Shown here piece after piece: positions 1 through 10,055 of a stretch of 64,000 nt of DNA. Source of the DNA: Flavobacteriales bacterium (lineage in GTDB: Bacteria > Bacteroidota > Bacteroidia > Flavobacteriales_D > Sanyastnellaceae); NCBI GenBank assembly GCA_036835325.1, contig DAITMF010000012.1, forward strand, positions 5,479-69,478. Reading direction: 5' to 3'. Within the stretch, counting starts at the first letter, position 1. Each line of letters begins with the position of its first letter. Position numbers and translations under genes: made by a program. The notes beneath the pieces are model-generated. The model did not search any database. It was not told the DNA's origin and was given only the letters and a program-made list of their open reading frames with translations.

Positions 1-607
1 CAATCGGCACAACGGCCAATCCGTTCTTCGAAGCTCCGCGGATGCGCTCGTAAGCAGATACTAGGCGCTCTTCGATTTCGTGCTTCATCTCGTTCGACAT
101 CGCAACGAGGATTTCTTCTTCTGCGCGGGTTTCAGAGACGATTTCTTCGAGCTCTGACTTCTTCACTTCGAGGTCGGCTTCGCGCTCTTGAAGCTTGGCA
201 GCACTGGCGTCGAGCAATTCCTGCTTGGCTACTTTTTGGCTATTGTGCTCAGCGATGCGCTTTTCGGCAACCTGAATTTCGAGACCTTGGAATTCGATCT
301 CTTTGTTCAGCGAGTCATACTCGCGGTTGTTGCGCACATTGCTTTGCTGCTCTTCGTATTTCTTGATGAGCGATTTGCTCTCTTCAATTTGGTTGCGACG
401 ATCGGAAATGCCACGCTCAATATCGGCCATGTCATCTTGAATCTTGTTGACACGGGTACGGAGGCCTTCGATTTCGTCTTCCAAATCTTGTACTTCGAGT
501 GGAAGTTCACCCCGGATGATGCGAATCCTGTCAATCTTGGAATCAATGACCTGGAGGGCGTACAGGGCCCGCAGTTTGTCTTCTGCCGTAGATAATTTCT
601 TAGACAT
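1..607 (-). CDS. COG1579/DUF164-type coiled-coil protein (zinc-ribbon family), N-terminal ~200 aa; 3' end lies outside the window
   Basis: Absent from the ORF track because there is no stop in the window. Hand translation from ATG 607 gives MSKKLSTAEDKLRALYALQVIDSKIDRIRIIRGELPLEVQDLEDEIEGLRTRVNKIQ...NVRNNREYDSLNKEIE, open to position 1. It starts 3 nt after the Nif3 stop, its usual partner gene. Confidence 0.7.
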   Translation of the reverse strand, partial: MSKKLSTAEDKLRALYALQVIDSKIDRIRIIRGELPLEVQDLEDEIEGLRTRVNKIQDDMADIERGISDRRNQIEESKSLIKKYEEQQSNVRNNREYDSLNKEIEFQGLEIQVAEKRIAEHNSQKVAKQELLDASAAKLQEREADLEVKKSELEEIVSETRAEEEILVAMSNEMKHEIEERLVSAYERIRGASKNGLAVVPI

Positions 608-610
608 ACT

Positions 611-1702
611 TTAATAATACTTAACCGGGTTGGTTTGGGTTTGACTAAAATGAACGGCAAAATTAGCAAATTTCCCGTTAAGGTAACGCGCAATTAGTTC
701 AACTGTGCGGTGCTCCGATTCCCAATGGCCGACATCGGCCAAAACAATGCCTTCAGCGTCGAAAAACTGATGGTACTTCACATCGCTGGTAATGAACACA
801 TCGGCGCCGGCGCGTTTGGCTGCTTGCAGCAAAAAGAAACCCGACCCGCCGCAATAGGCAACGCGTTTGACAGACGTTTCAGGCAATTGGGTATGGCGAA
901 TCACCTGCGCTTTGAGTTCATGCTTAAGTCGGTCAAATAGCGCTTGCCAACTCATGGCTTCGGGTAAGTCACCAATCATGCCTGAGCCGACACGTGCAGC
1001 AGTGTTTGTAAGCGGGTAACGGTCAAACGCCACCTCTTCATACGGGTGGGCCTCAAGCGCAGCTGCAATGGCCTTGGTGGCCGCATGCCTTGGCACTATC
1101 ACCTCGATTCGTGTTTCGGGTTCACTATGACGTTTTCCCCGTTCACCTACAAACGGGTTGGCCGACTCATTTGCCCTAAAGGTGCCTGTGCCTTCGGTAG
1201 CATAGCTGCACTCGTCGTAGTCGCCGATAGCGCCGGCTCCGGCAGCAAATAGCGCCGCGCGCACCTGCTCAGCATGGCTGTGAGGTACAAACACCACGAT
1301 TTTCTCAAAGAGTTCACCTTTCGGCTGAAGCACGCGCTGGTTGTGCACTCCGATCAACTCTCCGAGGTAGCGGTTTACGCCATCGTACACGTTGTCGAGG
1401 TTGGTGTGGATCGCATAAATGGCCACGCCATGACGTATGGCCTTCATGACCGTTCGCTGCACGTAATCGCTGCCATTGAATCGCTTCAAACCGCTAAACA
1501 CGATAGGGTGATGTGCGATGATTAAATCTACTCCTTTTTCAATGGCCTCATCGACAACGGCTTCGGTGCAATCGAGCGTGAGAAGAGCTGCATTAACGTT
1601 GGCCATAGAATCGCCAACGATGAGGCCTGAATTGTCGTAACCTTCCTGATACGCCGGCGGTGCCCATGACTCCAAAGCGGCTATGATATCGCGAAGCTTC
1701 AT
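611..1702 (-). CDS. Nif3-like dinuclear metal-centre protein (GTP cyclohydrolase 1 type 2 homologue)
   Basis: 363 aa, MKLRDIIAALESWAPPAYQEGYDNSGLIVGD..., with IAHHP and GHWESE motifs typical of the Nif3/YbgI family. Confidence 0.85.
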   Translation of the reverse strand: MKLRDIIAALESWAPPAYQEGYDNSGLIVGDSMANVNAALLTLDCTEAVVDEAIEKGVDLIIAHHPIVFSGLKRFNGSDYVQRTVMKAIRHGVAIYAIHTNLDNVYDGVNRYLGELIGVHNQRVLQPKGELFEKIVVFVPHSHAEQVRAALFAAGAGAIGDYDECSYATEGTGTFRANESANPFVGERGKRHSEPETRIEVIVPRHAATKAIAAALEAHPYEEVAFDRYPLTNTAARVGSGMIGDLPEAMSWQALFDRLKHELKAQVIRHTQLPETSVKRVAYCGGSGFFLLQAAKRAGADVFITSDVKYHQFFDAEGIVLADVGHWESEHRTVELIARYLNGKFANFAVHFSQTQTNPVKYY

Positions 1703-1730
1703 TTCTTTGTACTTTGGACCAAAGTTACGG

Positions 1731-2756
1731 ATGCAAATCGTGCGATGGCTTCTTTCTCCTTTGGGATGGATGTACGGGCTGGTAGTCGGTATTCGAAATA
1801 CCGCCTACAACCGCGCTTGGTTTGACTCCAAACGCGGCGACTTGCCCACCTTGGTCATTGGCAACATCGACGTGGGCGGAACAGGCAAAACACCGCATAC
1901 ACAGTACTTCGCGCGGGCATTGAGTGAACTTCAACCTGCCATTCTTTCGCGTGGTTACGGTCGTTCTACGAAGGGGTACCGTCGGGTTTACTCTGGCAGT
2001 ACCAGCGCAGAATGCGGCGACGAGCCTTTGCTGTACGCCTCTATGCCGGAAGGCTTTCCGGTGGCTGTGTGTGAAAACCGATTGGTCGGCATCGAGCATT
2101 TGGCAAATGAAACCGATTCCGGGGTGGTTATCCTTGATGATGCCCTCCAGCACCGTCGCCTCGAACCCGATGCCGCCGTGGCCCTGATTCGTTACGGTCA
2201 CTGGCCATGGGAAGCAAGCTACCTTCCTTCAGGCGATCTTCGCGACCACCGCAGCCGACTTCGTCAGGTTGACGCCATCGTGGTCTCGCACAGTCCGCAT
2301 CCTCATCCATCCCATAAAAAAGAAGAAGAGCGCCGCTTAATTCGCCAACGCTTGGGTTTACCTGACCAAGTGCCAATCGCATTCAGTCGAATGGTGTATT
2401 CTCCACTTCGTGGGATGGCCACCGGCGAGCTGACTTACCCTAAAAAAGCACTCGTTGTAACGGGCATTGCACGTCCGCAAGCGCTGATTGAATACTTAAA
2501 AACGGTGCCCATTCAAGTGGTGCACCGGGCATACCGTGACCACCGCAACTTCACACACGCTGACCTTGTTGATTGGACGAACGACCTTGAAACATACGGT
2601 TGCAGTCACATCATCACCACCGCCAAAGACGCTATGCGCATTCGCAGCGTTGACGGATGGAACCGACTCCCGATTTGCATTCAAGAGATCGAAGTTGAGC
2701 TGGATGACGACGGTGCGATTGCCGAATTGATCAAGCTTCGATTGTCGTTTGATTGA
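1731..2756 (+). CDS. lpxK: tetraacyldisaccharide 4'-kinase
   Basis: P-loop GNIDVGGTGKTP and a length of ~340 aa. I moved the start to ATG 1731 (MQIVRWLLSPLGW) because ATG 1683 overlaps the divergent Nif3 start. Confidence 0.85.
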   Translation: MQIVRWLLSPLGWMYGLVVGIRNTAYNRAWFDSKRGDLPTLVIGNIDVGGTGKTPHTQYFARALSELQPAILSRGYGRSTKGYRRVYSGSTSAECGDEPLLYASMPEGFPVAVCENRLVGIEHLANETDSGVVILDDALQHRRLEPDAAVALIRYGHWPWEASYLPSGDLRDHRSRLRQVDAIVVSHSPHPHPSHKKEEERRLIRQRLGLPDQVPIAFSRMVYSPLRGMATGELTYPKKALVVTGIARPQALIEYLKTVPIQVVHRAYRDHRNFTHADLVDWTNDLETYGCSHIITTAKDAMRIRSVDGWNRLPICIQEIEVELDDDGAIAELIKLRLSFD

Positions 2757-2795
2757 CACATCGGAGATGTAAATGAATTTCAGGATATTTGCACC

Positions 2796-3953
2796 ATGAC
2801 ACTACGAACAATGCACTTACTTTCAACCGCACTCATTTTCAGTGCTGTACTTCTCGCCTCATGCGGAGGAAATCAAACCGCTGTGATTGTCGGCACCATT
2901 TCGGGGGCCGAAGGCAAAACGGTTTTTTTGCAGCGCTTTGAGAACGGACGTACATTGAACACCGACTCTTCAGTTGTGGCTGCGGATGGTAGTTTCAGCA
3001 TTGTGCCTTCACCGGCGCTTGACTACAACTTTTTCAGGCTTTTTGTCGATGCCCAGAACAGCATTGTGTTCATCGGAGATTCGGTGTCAGGTATTCAATT
3101 TACCGCAACGTACGGCGCGTTCGAGTCAGAGCGCAAAGTGAAAGGCAACCGCGATTCTGAGCTGCTATTTGGTTTCTACGACAAGGTTCGGCCCATGGTT
3201 GAGCAAGAACAAGAGTTGAGCAAAAAGACCAAGAACCCAAGCGTTTCGAGCGAAGAACGCTCGCAAGCACTCAGTCAATTGGTTGAGCTAAAGAAGGCCA
3301 AGCGAGAGGCATGCCTCCAGTTTATTGAACAGAACCCCGGCTCACCAGCCGCCATGGCGGCACTGGAAGAGCTTAATTTCAACGAAGACAAAGTCGCCTA
3401 TCAAAAGGTGCTCGACGGTTTGAAGGGAAGCTTTGATCACACGGTGTATTACAAACGCCTCGTTGACCAGTTTGCCAATGCAGAGCGCCAAGAAAAACTA
3501 AAAAGCCAACCGCAAAAAAACGGTTTGTACTCAACCGGCATGGACGCTCCAGACATTGTCATGGCCGACCCTTCAGGCCAGCCACGTAAGCTGAGCGACT
3601 TGCGCGGAAAAGTGGTACTGATTGACTTTTGGGCTTCATGGTGCGGCCCGTGCCGTCGTGAAAACCCGAGTGTTGTGCGTACCTACAACCAATACAAGAG
3701 CAAAGGGTTTGAAATTTTCAGCGTATCGCTTGACAGCGACAAGGCGAAATGGCAGGCTGCTATCGCACAAGACGGTCTGATTTGGGAAAACCATGTGAGC
3801 GACCTCCAAGGGTGGCAAAACGGTGCTGCGCAGCAATACGGCATTAGCAGCATTCCGCATACCATCTTAGTGGGACCCGATGGGAAAATCATCGCCACGC
3901 ACTTGCGTGGTCAACAACTCGAACAAGCCCTTAAAGCAGAGTTTGGCAGCTAA
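2796..3953 (+). CDS. TlpA/AhpC-family thiol:disulfide oxidoreductase lipoprotein
   Basis: Lipobox LLASC. The C-terminal thioredoxin fold carries WASWCGPCRRENP. It is a paralogue of 55804-56373. Confidence 0.85.
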   Translation: MTLRTMHLLSTALIFSAVLLASCGGNQTAVIVGTISGAEGKTVFLQRFENGRTLNTDSSVVAADGSFSIVPSPALDYNFFRLFVDAQNSIVFIGDSVSGIQFTATYGAFESERKVKGNRDSELLFGFYDKVRPMVEQEQELSKKTKNPSVSSEERSQALSQLVELKKAKREACLQFIEQNPGSPAAMAALEELNFNEDKVAYQKVLDGLKGSFDHTVYYKRLVDQFANAERQEKLKSQPQKNGLYSTGMDAPDIVMADPSGQPRKLSDLRGKVVLIDFWASWCGPCRRENPSVVRTYNQYKSKGFEIFSVSLDSDKAKWQAAIAQDGLIWENHVSDLQGWQNGAAQQYGISSIPHTILVGPDGKIIATHLRGQQLEQALKAEFGS

Positions 3954-4762
3954 TGCGGGGACTTCCCACAACGTCATTGGGTGAAACGCGTCAACTTCGC
4001 GAAGGCAAAAAAATCTACTTTGCTTCTGACTTTCACTTGGGCATCGATGGGAAGACATCGAGCCGTGATCGCGAAAAATTGCTGGTCAAATGGTTGCGCG
4101 AAGTCGCCAAAGATGCCGAAGAGATTTATTTAGTCGGCGATTTGTTCGACTTTTGGTTCGAGTACAAAGAAGCAGTGCCACGCGGTTTTACCCGTGTACT
4201 TGGCACACTGGCTGAATTGACTGACTCAGGGCTTCCGATTCACGTTTTTACCGGCAACCACGACATGTGGATTTTTGACTATCTGCCTAAGGAAACCGGT
4301 GTAGTAGTGCACCGTGCTCCCATCGCACGTGATTGGAACAGCGTTCGGTTTTTCATCGGCCATGGCGATGGCTTGGGGCCCGGAGATTATGGCTACAAGT
4401 TCATTAAACGGGTGTTTGCCAGCAAGGCTTGTCAGTGGCTGTTTGCCCGCTTTCACCCTAATTTCGGCATTGCCTTGGCCAACTTTTGGTCGCGAACGAG
4501 TCGCAAATCAAGTGCTGAGGCCGACCGCACCTTTTTAGGTGAAGACAACGAATGGCTCGTTCAGTACTGTCGTGAAGTGTTAGTGCACCAGCATTATGAC
4601 GTGTTTGTTTTTGGGCATCGCCATTTGCCACTCGACATCGCATTGAATGACACATCGCGTTACATCAATTTGGGCGACTGGCTCGGTTATTTTACCTATG
4701 CTGTATTTGATGGAAACAGCACCCAATTGCTCAAATACCCCGATCGCGTACCATTCGAATAA
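3953..4762 (+). CDS. lpxH: UDP-2,3-diacylglucosamine diphosphatase (LpxH-type metallophosphoesterase)
   Basis: Motifs SDFHLG, GDLFDFWFEY, GNHDMW, GHGD and FGHRH. TAATG overlap with the upstream gene. Confidence 0.8.
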   Translation: MRGLPTTSLGETRQLREGKKIYFASDFHLGIDGKTSSRDREKLLVKWLREVAKDAEEIYLVGDLFDFWFEYKEAVPRGFTRVLGTLAELTDSGLPIHVFTGNHDMWIFDYLPKETGVVVHRAPIARDWNSVRFFIGHGDGLGPGDYGYKFIKRVFASKACQWLFARFHPNFGIALANFWSRTSRKSSAEADRTFLGEDNEWLVQYCREVLVHQHYDVFVFGHRHLPLDIALNDTSRYINLGDWLGYFTYAVFDGNSTQLLKYPDRVPFE

Positions 4763-5738
4763 GGTCAACCAAACGGTTGGAGTAGCCTACCTCGTTGTCG
4801 TACCAGCCAACAATCTTCACCATGTTCCCGATCACGCTTGTAAGCAATCCGTCGACGATGCATGAGTGCGGGTTTCCTATGATATCGCTTGAAACAATAG
4901 GGTCTTCGGTGTACTTGAGAATGCCTTTGTAACGTCCCTGAGACGCCGATAGGAAGGCCGCGTTCAATGCCTCAACGCTCATGGGGTTTCGCACAATGGT
5001 TGTGATATCGGTCAGCGAGCCATCGGGCACCGGCACTCGGATACCGCATCCGCCCATTTGCATGGCCAGTTCAGGGAATACCCGCGTAAGCGCTTTGGCA
5101 GCACCGGTGGTTGTGGGGACGATTGAAAGCGCTGCGGCGCGGCCTCTGCGCAAATCACGGTGGGGAGTATCTTGAAGGTACTGATCACCGGTGTACGAGT
5201 GAACGGTGGTTATGTAGCAGCTCTCAATACTGCACAGTTCATGAAGCAATTGAATCATCGGAGCTGCACTGTTCGTGGTGCACGATGCATTCGAGATGAC
5301 CTCCTCCCCTTTCCGAAGCAATTGATCATTCACACCGATGACTATGGTTGGCATAGATTCATCGGTTGGAGGGGCGCTTACAATGACGCGTCGAGCACCA
5401 GCCCTAAGATGCGCATTTGCTTCGGTGCGTGTTTTGTACTTGCCGGTGCAATCAACGACCACATCAACATCGAGGCTTCTCCATGGCAGCATTTCGGCTG
5501 CCGGTAGCTGAAAAACCTGTGCACGCTGTCGACCGAACTCCAAGGTATCACCCTCCAAAGTGCAATCGTACTCGAGGGTTCGGTGTACCGAATCGTACTT
5601 GAGCAGGTGGGAAAGGGCTTCTTTCTCGTGCAAGTCATTGATGGCGACAAGGTCTATGTCGGGCGCATGAGCGAGTATTCGAGCTGTAACTCTCCCTATT
5701 CGGCCGAAGCCATTGATTGCAACGCGTAGATTTCCCAT
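4731..5738 (-). CDS. gap: type I glyceraldehyde-3-phosphate dehydrogenase
   Basis: NGFGRIGR Rossmann motif and the catalytic SNASCTTN motif; 335 aa. Confidence 0.9.
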   Translation of the reverse strand: MGNLRVAINGFGRIGRVTARILAHAPDIDLVAINDLHEKEALSHLLKYDSVHRTLEYDCTLEGDTLEFGRQRAQVFQLPAAEMLPWRSLDVDVVVDCTGKYKTRTEANAHLRAGARRVIVSAPPTDESMPTIVIGVNDQLLRKGEEVISNASCTTNSAAPMIQLLHELCSIESCYITTVHSYTGDQYLQDTPHRDLRRGRAAALSIVPTTTGAAKALTRVFPELAMQMGGCGIRVPVPDGSLTDITTIVRNPMSVEALNAAFLSASQGRYKGILKYTEDPIVSSDIIGNPHSCIVDGLLTSVIGNMVKIVGWYDNEVGYSNRLVDLIRMVRDRGI

Positions 5739-5749
5739 AGGCCGAAAGT

Positions 5750-5781
5750 AAAAAAAGCCGACTCATGGTGAGTCGGCTTTT
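5750..5781 (-). terminator. rho-independent terminator after the 5807-9049 gene
   Basis: 9-bp stem gccgactca / tgagtcggc (5757-5765 / 5769-5777), followed on the minus strand by a 7-U run (A-run 5750-5756). Confidence 0.75.
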
Positions 5782-5806
5782 CAAAGCATTTACGAATGCT
5801 GTATTG

Positions 5807-8800
5807 TTATTTCATCACAACAAAGCGGGTCGTTTTAACTTCACTGCCCATTTCAACGGCAAGAACGTAGGTGCCTACCGGCAGTTCTGCCACATCGAGC
5901 GCAACTTGATGACGACCTTGCGCCATACGTTGCGCTGGAATGTCTTTCACAAATTTGCCTTGAAGGTTGAAAATCGCCATGCGCACGTTTGCAGTACCTG
6001 CGAGGTCAATTACCACTTGAGCAGTTCCATTGGTTACAGGGTTCGGGAACAAATTCAGTGACTGTGCCTTTGCAACTTCTGGTTTTACATCGTTAACGCT
6101 TGTGAATGAGAAGTCACCGTTGCGGAAGATTCCACGTCCGTGAGTTCCAAGGTAGATGTAACCGCTGTTTGTTGGTTCCGACCAACGTGTGCTTCCTTTC
6201 CATTGCTGACGCACGTCAACAACAGGTGCACTGATAAAGTCATCAGAAGCAGACATGCCCGCGTTGCTCATCACCCAGTTTTCACCACCGTCATAGGTGA
6301 TCCAAACACCGTATTCAGCACCTACTACGATGGTATTACCGGTAGCATCAGCCACATCGATGGTTGCATCGTAACATGGCATGCGGCCCATTTCGCTTGT
6401 TGGGCTAAACCAAATATTTGACCACGTTGGGTTTGCACTGAGTGCGTTGAACGACTCGCGTACTTTACCGCTGCCGGCTGAACCGTAGCCTCCAACTGTG
6501 ATTACCACGTGGTTCGGGTCATTTGGATCGATTGCTATACCGGTCACTGCCGCTCCGCCTGATGAGTGGATCAATTGCCAGTTCAATGCATCGGCGAAGT
6601 TGTTATTGTCTGCGTCTGCGTCATCACCTTCAAATTGGATGTTGCGCAAACCGGTTACTCGCCAAAGTTGACCATTCCAACCACTGATGAACATAACGTC
6701 GCCAGCTTCAGGGTGATCACCCACTACGAATTCCATGTCTTTTGTACCACCTCCGCCAGGAGCATTGCCCAAACGGAACCAATTTGGTGAAGTATTAAAG
6801 TTGAGCGCATTGCGGGTCATCCATACGCCTTCAGCCCCGCGGAAACCCACCGCCAACATCACTGTGTAGGGGTCTTGGATCAAACGCTGCTCACGCACCT
6901 CGAACAGGGTATCGGCAGCGTAGAAGTAGGTTGTATCACAGTCAATCTCCGTTTCAAAAATAGGAACAGTCGCGTAGGTGGTATCTGCACCAATCTGGTA
7001 GCACTGCACATCTTCAATGATGGTGCCATTGGGCAATTCAATCACAATGTTCACACAGGTATCAATTGGAGTGATGGTATCGATAACCTCTTGCTCGCCG
7101 ATTTGCACCTCGGTGGTATCGCAATCGAGAATAATCTCAGTCAATTCTTGTGGCTCAAGCCAGAAGTAATTCGGGTCACTATCACCTGTAAAGGGCTCAT
7201 CCAAGGTCATTGCCGGACGGATGAGCTCTTCCCAGAACCGGAGTTCATCGCCTTCTTCAAGGGTGTAGGTGAACTCAAGGTCCATGTTGTTCGTGGTCAT
7301 GGCGAACGACGAATCTGTGATGGTTTCTTCGTATGGGTTGATCAACAACAAGGTTTGTTGGCTCAATTCGTCTTCCGTGTCTTCGTAGAGTTGGATGGTT
7401 GTGTAGAACTGACCTATTTCACCATCGGCATTGCCGAGCGCGAGTACACGATCATCGTAGATAAATGAAATCGCACCGTCATTCGATGCCCTGTAGAGCA
7501 CACCATACTGAGAAGTAGTAAAGGCAATTTGACGATCGGTTTCTGTAACCTGTGGCACAGCAGCATCAAAACCATCACCTCCGGTTATATCTATACCCTG
7601 CTGGTTTGAGATGAACGAACCGTCGAACGGAATGAAGTGGCTTCCGTTGTCTTGGGTACCACCAACAGCACCACCGGTAGGAGTGAAATCAATTCCGTAG
7701 TACTGAACCGTATTGTAACCACGGTTTGAGCTGATGTATGTTTGGCCGTTGTTATTTGAACGGTATATGCCACCATCTGTGGTCACCCACAATACACCTG
7801 CAGGAGAATAAACAATCTCGTGAATGTCAACGTGCATTGAAGTGGGCACCGTTGGCGCGGTGAACGGCAATGCTGCGAGCTCTGCTTGGTAGTTGGGGCC
7901 ACAACGCCAAAACTCAATACCGCCGACGTAGGCAATGTTGGGCTCATTCGGTGACGCACCAATGGTAAGGTCGTAAATGCCTTGACCGCGAGGGAGCGGG
8001 GTGACATTCGCGATGCCCGAAGGCCAAATGTTTGACCAAGTTTGACCGGCATCGGAAGAGTGGTAAACACCGCCGAAGAAACCGCCAGTGGTAGAAAAAA
8101 GTGCATAAGCCACGTCAGGGTGCTGAGGCACTACGTAAACACGTGCACGGCCCATACCTGATTGAGGCAAGGTACCTGGATCATTGCTACCACCGAATAC
8201 ACCTTCAAAGCTTGTATGTGTATTGTCGGTCGAGCGGTATACGCGTCCTGCACCCATTGAGACAAGCATGTAACTTCCGTCATGAGCAATGTGAATGTCT
8301 TGACATACTTGGCTTGGAAGACCGCCACCTACGGCAGTAAAGCTCGTGCCTTCAATGTAGCCAAATCCTTGGTTACTACCTACCCATACGCGATTGGGAC
8401 GAATCGGGTCTGTTTCAAGTGCTTCGACGGCAGTCCAGCCGTTGGAACCCAAGAAGCCGGGGTCGGTGTCTGCAAGAATTTCCCAAGTAGCTCCCATGTC
8501 GGTTGAACGCCAAACGCCACGACCGAGGTAACCTGAGCTACCATCACCGCTTGCGAAATCAAACAGTGACCCAGTACCAACGTACAAGTCACCGTTTCCT
8601 GCACGGGCGATTGAACCGATCATCATGTTAGGGAAGGAGGTCATTTGCGACCAGTTGTTTCCTCCGTTAAACGATTGCCAGAGACCACCGGATACACCAC
8701 CGGAAATGATGTGATCTTCAGTCACTACAAGAAGTGCACGGGTACGACCACCTACGTTGTCTGGCCCCATTTCTTCCCATTCAAGAGGATTTTCCTTCGT

Positions 8801-9049
8801 AGCCGCTTCTTTGGCCATTTTAGCCACAGCAGCGCGTAGTCTGATGAGGTCTTCTGACTCAACCTGTCCTGTCTCAATGTTACCACGCATTCTACGCCAG
8901 TACTCGGCGGCTGCGTGGGGCTCTTGAGCGGTTGCCTGCGCTGAGCGTGGAGTATAGTCCACTGTAGCGCTATTGGGGGCAGCCAACATGACCGCAACAA
9001 CAGCAGCTGCGGCGATACCGGTTACATAAAGTAGCGTTCTCATTCTCAT
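5807..9049 (-). CDS. secreted BNR/Asp-box beta-propeller protein with a T9SS type A C-terminal sorting domain
   Basis: N-terminal hydrophobic signal. Asp-boxes WRSTDMGATWEIL, YHSSDAGQTWSNI, YRSNNNGQTYIS and ITYDGGENWVM. The C-terminal ~80 aa (LNLFPNPVTNG...GTYVLAVEMGSEVKTTRFVVMK) resemble a Por-secretion CTD. Confidence 0.8.
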   Translation of the reverse strand: MRMRTLLYVTGIAAAAVVAVMLAAPNSATVDYTPRSAQATAQEPHAAAEYWRRMRGNIETGQVESEDLIRLRAAVAKMAKEAATKENPLEWEEMGPDNVGGRTRALLVVTEDHIISGGVSGGLWQSFNGGNNWSQMTSFPNMMIGSIARAGNGDLYVGTGSLFDFASGDGSSGYLGRGVWRSTDMGATWEILADTDPGFLGSNGWTAVEALETDPIRPNRVWVGSNQGFGYIEGTSFTAVGGGLPSQVCQDIHIAHDGSYMLVSMGAGRVYRSTDNTHTSFEGVFGGSNDPGTLPQSGMGRARVYVVPQHPDVAYALFSTTGGFFGGVYHSSDAGQTWSNIWPSGIANVTPLPRGQGIYDLTIGASPNEPNIAYVGGIEFWRCGPNYQAELAALPFTAPTVPTSMHVDIHEIVYSPAGVLWVTTDGGIYRSNNNGQTYISSNRGYNTVQYYGIDFTPTGGAVGGTQDNGSHFIPFDGSFISNQQGIDITGGDGFDAAVPQVTETDRQIAFTTSQYGVLYRASNDGAISFIYDDRVLALGNADGEIGQFYTTIQLYEDTEDELSQQTLLLINPYEETITDSSFAMTTNNMDLEFTYTLEEGDELRFWEELIRPAMTLDEPFTGDSDPNYFWLEPQELTEIILDCDTTEVQIGEQEVIDTITPIDTCVNIVIELPNGTIIEDVQCYQIGADTTYATVPIFETEIDCDTTYFYAADTLFEVREQRLIQDPYTVMLAVGFRGAEGVWMTRNALNFNTSPNWFRLGNAPGGGGTKDMEFVVGDHPEAGDVMFISGWNGQLWRVTGLRNIQFEGDDADADNNNFADALNWQLIHSSGGAAVTGIAIDPNDPNHVVITVGGYGSAGSGKVRESFNALSANPTWSNIWFSPTSEMGRMPCYDATIDVADATGNTIVVGAEYGVWITYDGGENWVMSNAGMSASDDFISAPVVDVRQQWKGSTRWSEPTNSGYIYLGTHGRGIFRNGDFSFTSVNDVKPEVAKAQSLNLFPNPVTNGTAQVVIDLAGTANVRMAIFNLQGKFVKDIPAQRMAQGRHQVALDVAELPVGTYVLAVEMGSEVKTTRFVVMK

Positions 9050-9164
9050 AAATCAGATAGATTTTTCCGAAACAATTGGCGAGCAATTTACAAACTTTTG
9101 ACCTTGCTCCGCGGTCAGGTTTTGGTTATATGGGCACTTAATTATACAAGTCAAACGTCCAATT

Positions 9165-10055
9165 TCAGAACACGTGTTTCTCTGCATGGTACGAGGAGCG
9201 CACAAGTGGGCCGCTTTCTACGAACCTAAATCCTTTCTGCAATCCGATGCGCTCATACTCTGCGAATTTCTCAGGATGGATGAACTCTGCCACGGGCAAA
9301 TGCCTCGGCGTAGGCTGCAAATACTGCCCAAGCGTCAGTACGTCAACTCCGACAGAACGTAAGTCGTCCATGGTTTCAATGACCTCATCTTGGGTTTCAC
9401 CCAGCCCGAGCATGACCCCTGACTTGGTTTTCATGCCTCCTGCTTTAAGGCGCCTCAGCACTTCAAGACTGCGGTCATATTTCGCTTGGATGCGCACTTG
9501 CTTGGTCAATCGACGCACTGTTTCAAGGTTATGTGACACGATTTCAGGAGCAACATCGATGATACGTTGAAGGTTCTCCCATTTGCCTGCAAAATCAGGA
9601 ATGAGGGTTTCGAGTGTTGTATCGGGTGAATGCCTGCGGATGGCGCGCACGGTCGCTGCCCACAACTCGCTACCGCCATCGGCCAAGTCGTCGCGGTCAA
9701 CCGAGGTGACGACTGCGTGCTTAACGCCCATCAACTTGACTGAGTTGGCCACGCGAGCGGGCTCGAAAGGATCGGCTTCCAATGGTTTCCCGGTGGCAAC
9801 TGAACAAAATCCGCACGAGCGCGTGCAGATGTTGCCCAAAATCATAAAGGTGGCCGTGCCTTCGCCCCAGCATTCCCCCATGTTCGGACAGTTCCCACTC
9901 TCACAAATCGTATGAAGCTTGTGGTCACTCACCAACTGACGAACCTTCTTATAGGATTCGCCCGTAGGCAACTTCACCCTCAACCACTTGGGTTTGGGTG
10001 TGCGCTCTCTCACTGCATTCTCGACTGGATTTGCCTCGGTCATTCGTTTATTCAT
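9165..10055 (-). CDS. lipA: lipoyl synthase
   Basis: Cys clusters CPNMGECW and CTRSCGFC (radical SAM); 296 aa. An alternative start is ATG 10043. Confidence 0.93.
   Translation of the reverse strand: MNKRMTEANPVENAVRERTPKPKWLRVKLPTGESYKKVRQLVSDHKLHTICESGNCPNMGECWGEGTATFMILGNICTRSCGFCSVATGKPLEADPFEPARVANSVKLMGVKHAVVTSVDRDDLADGGSELWAATVRAIRRHSPDTTLETLIPDFAGKWENLQRIIDVAPEIVSHNLETVRRLTKQVRIQAKYDRSLEVLRRLKAGGMKTKSGVMLGLGETQDEVIETMDDLRSVGVDVLTLGQYLQPTPRHLPVAEFIHPEKFAEYERIGLQKGFRFVESGPLVRSSYHAEKHVF

Noticed and set aside
188-595. 135-aa plus-strand ORF (and 307-693 minus)
   Set aside because: Low-complexity shadow ORFs. The real gene is the minus-strand DUF164-type coiled-coil CDS that I translated from ATG 607.
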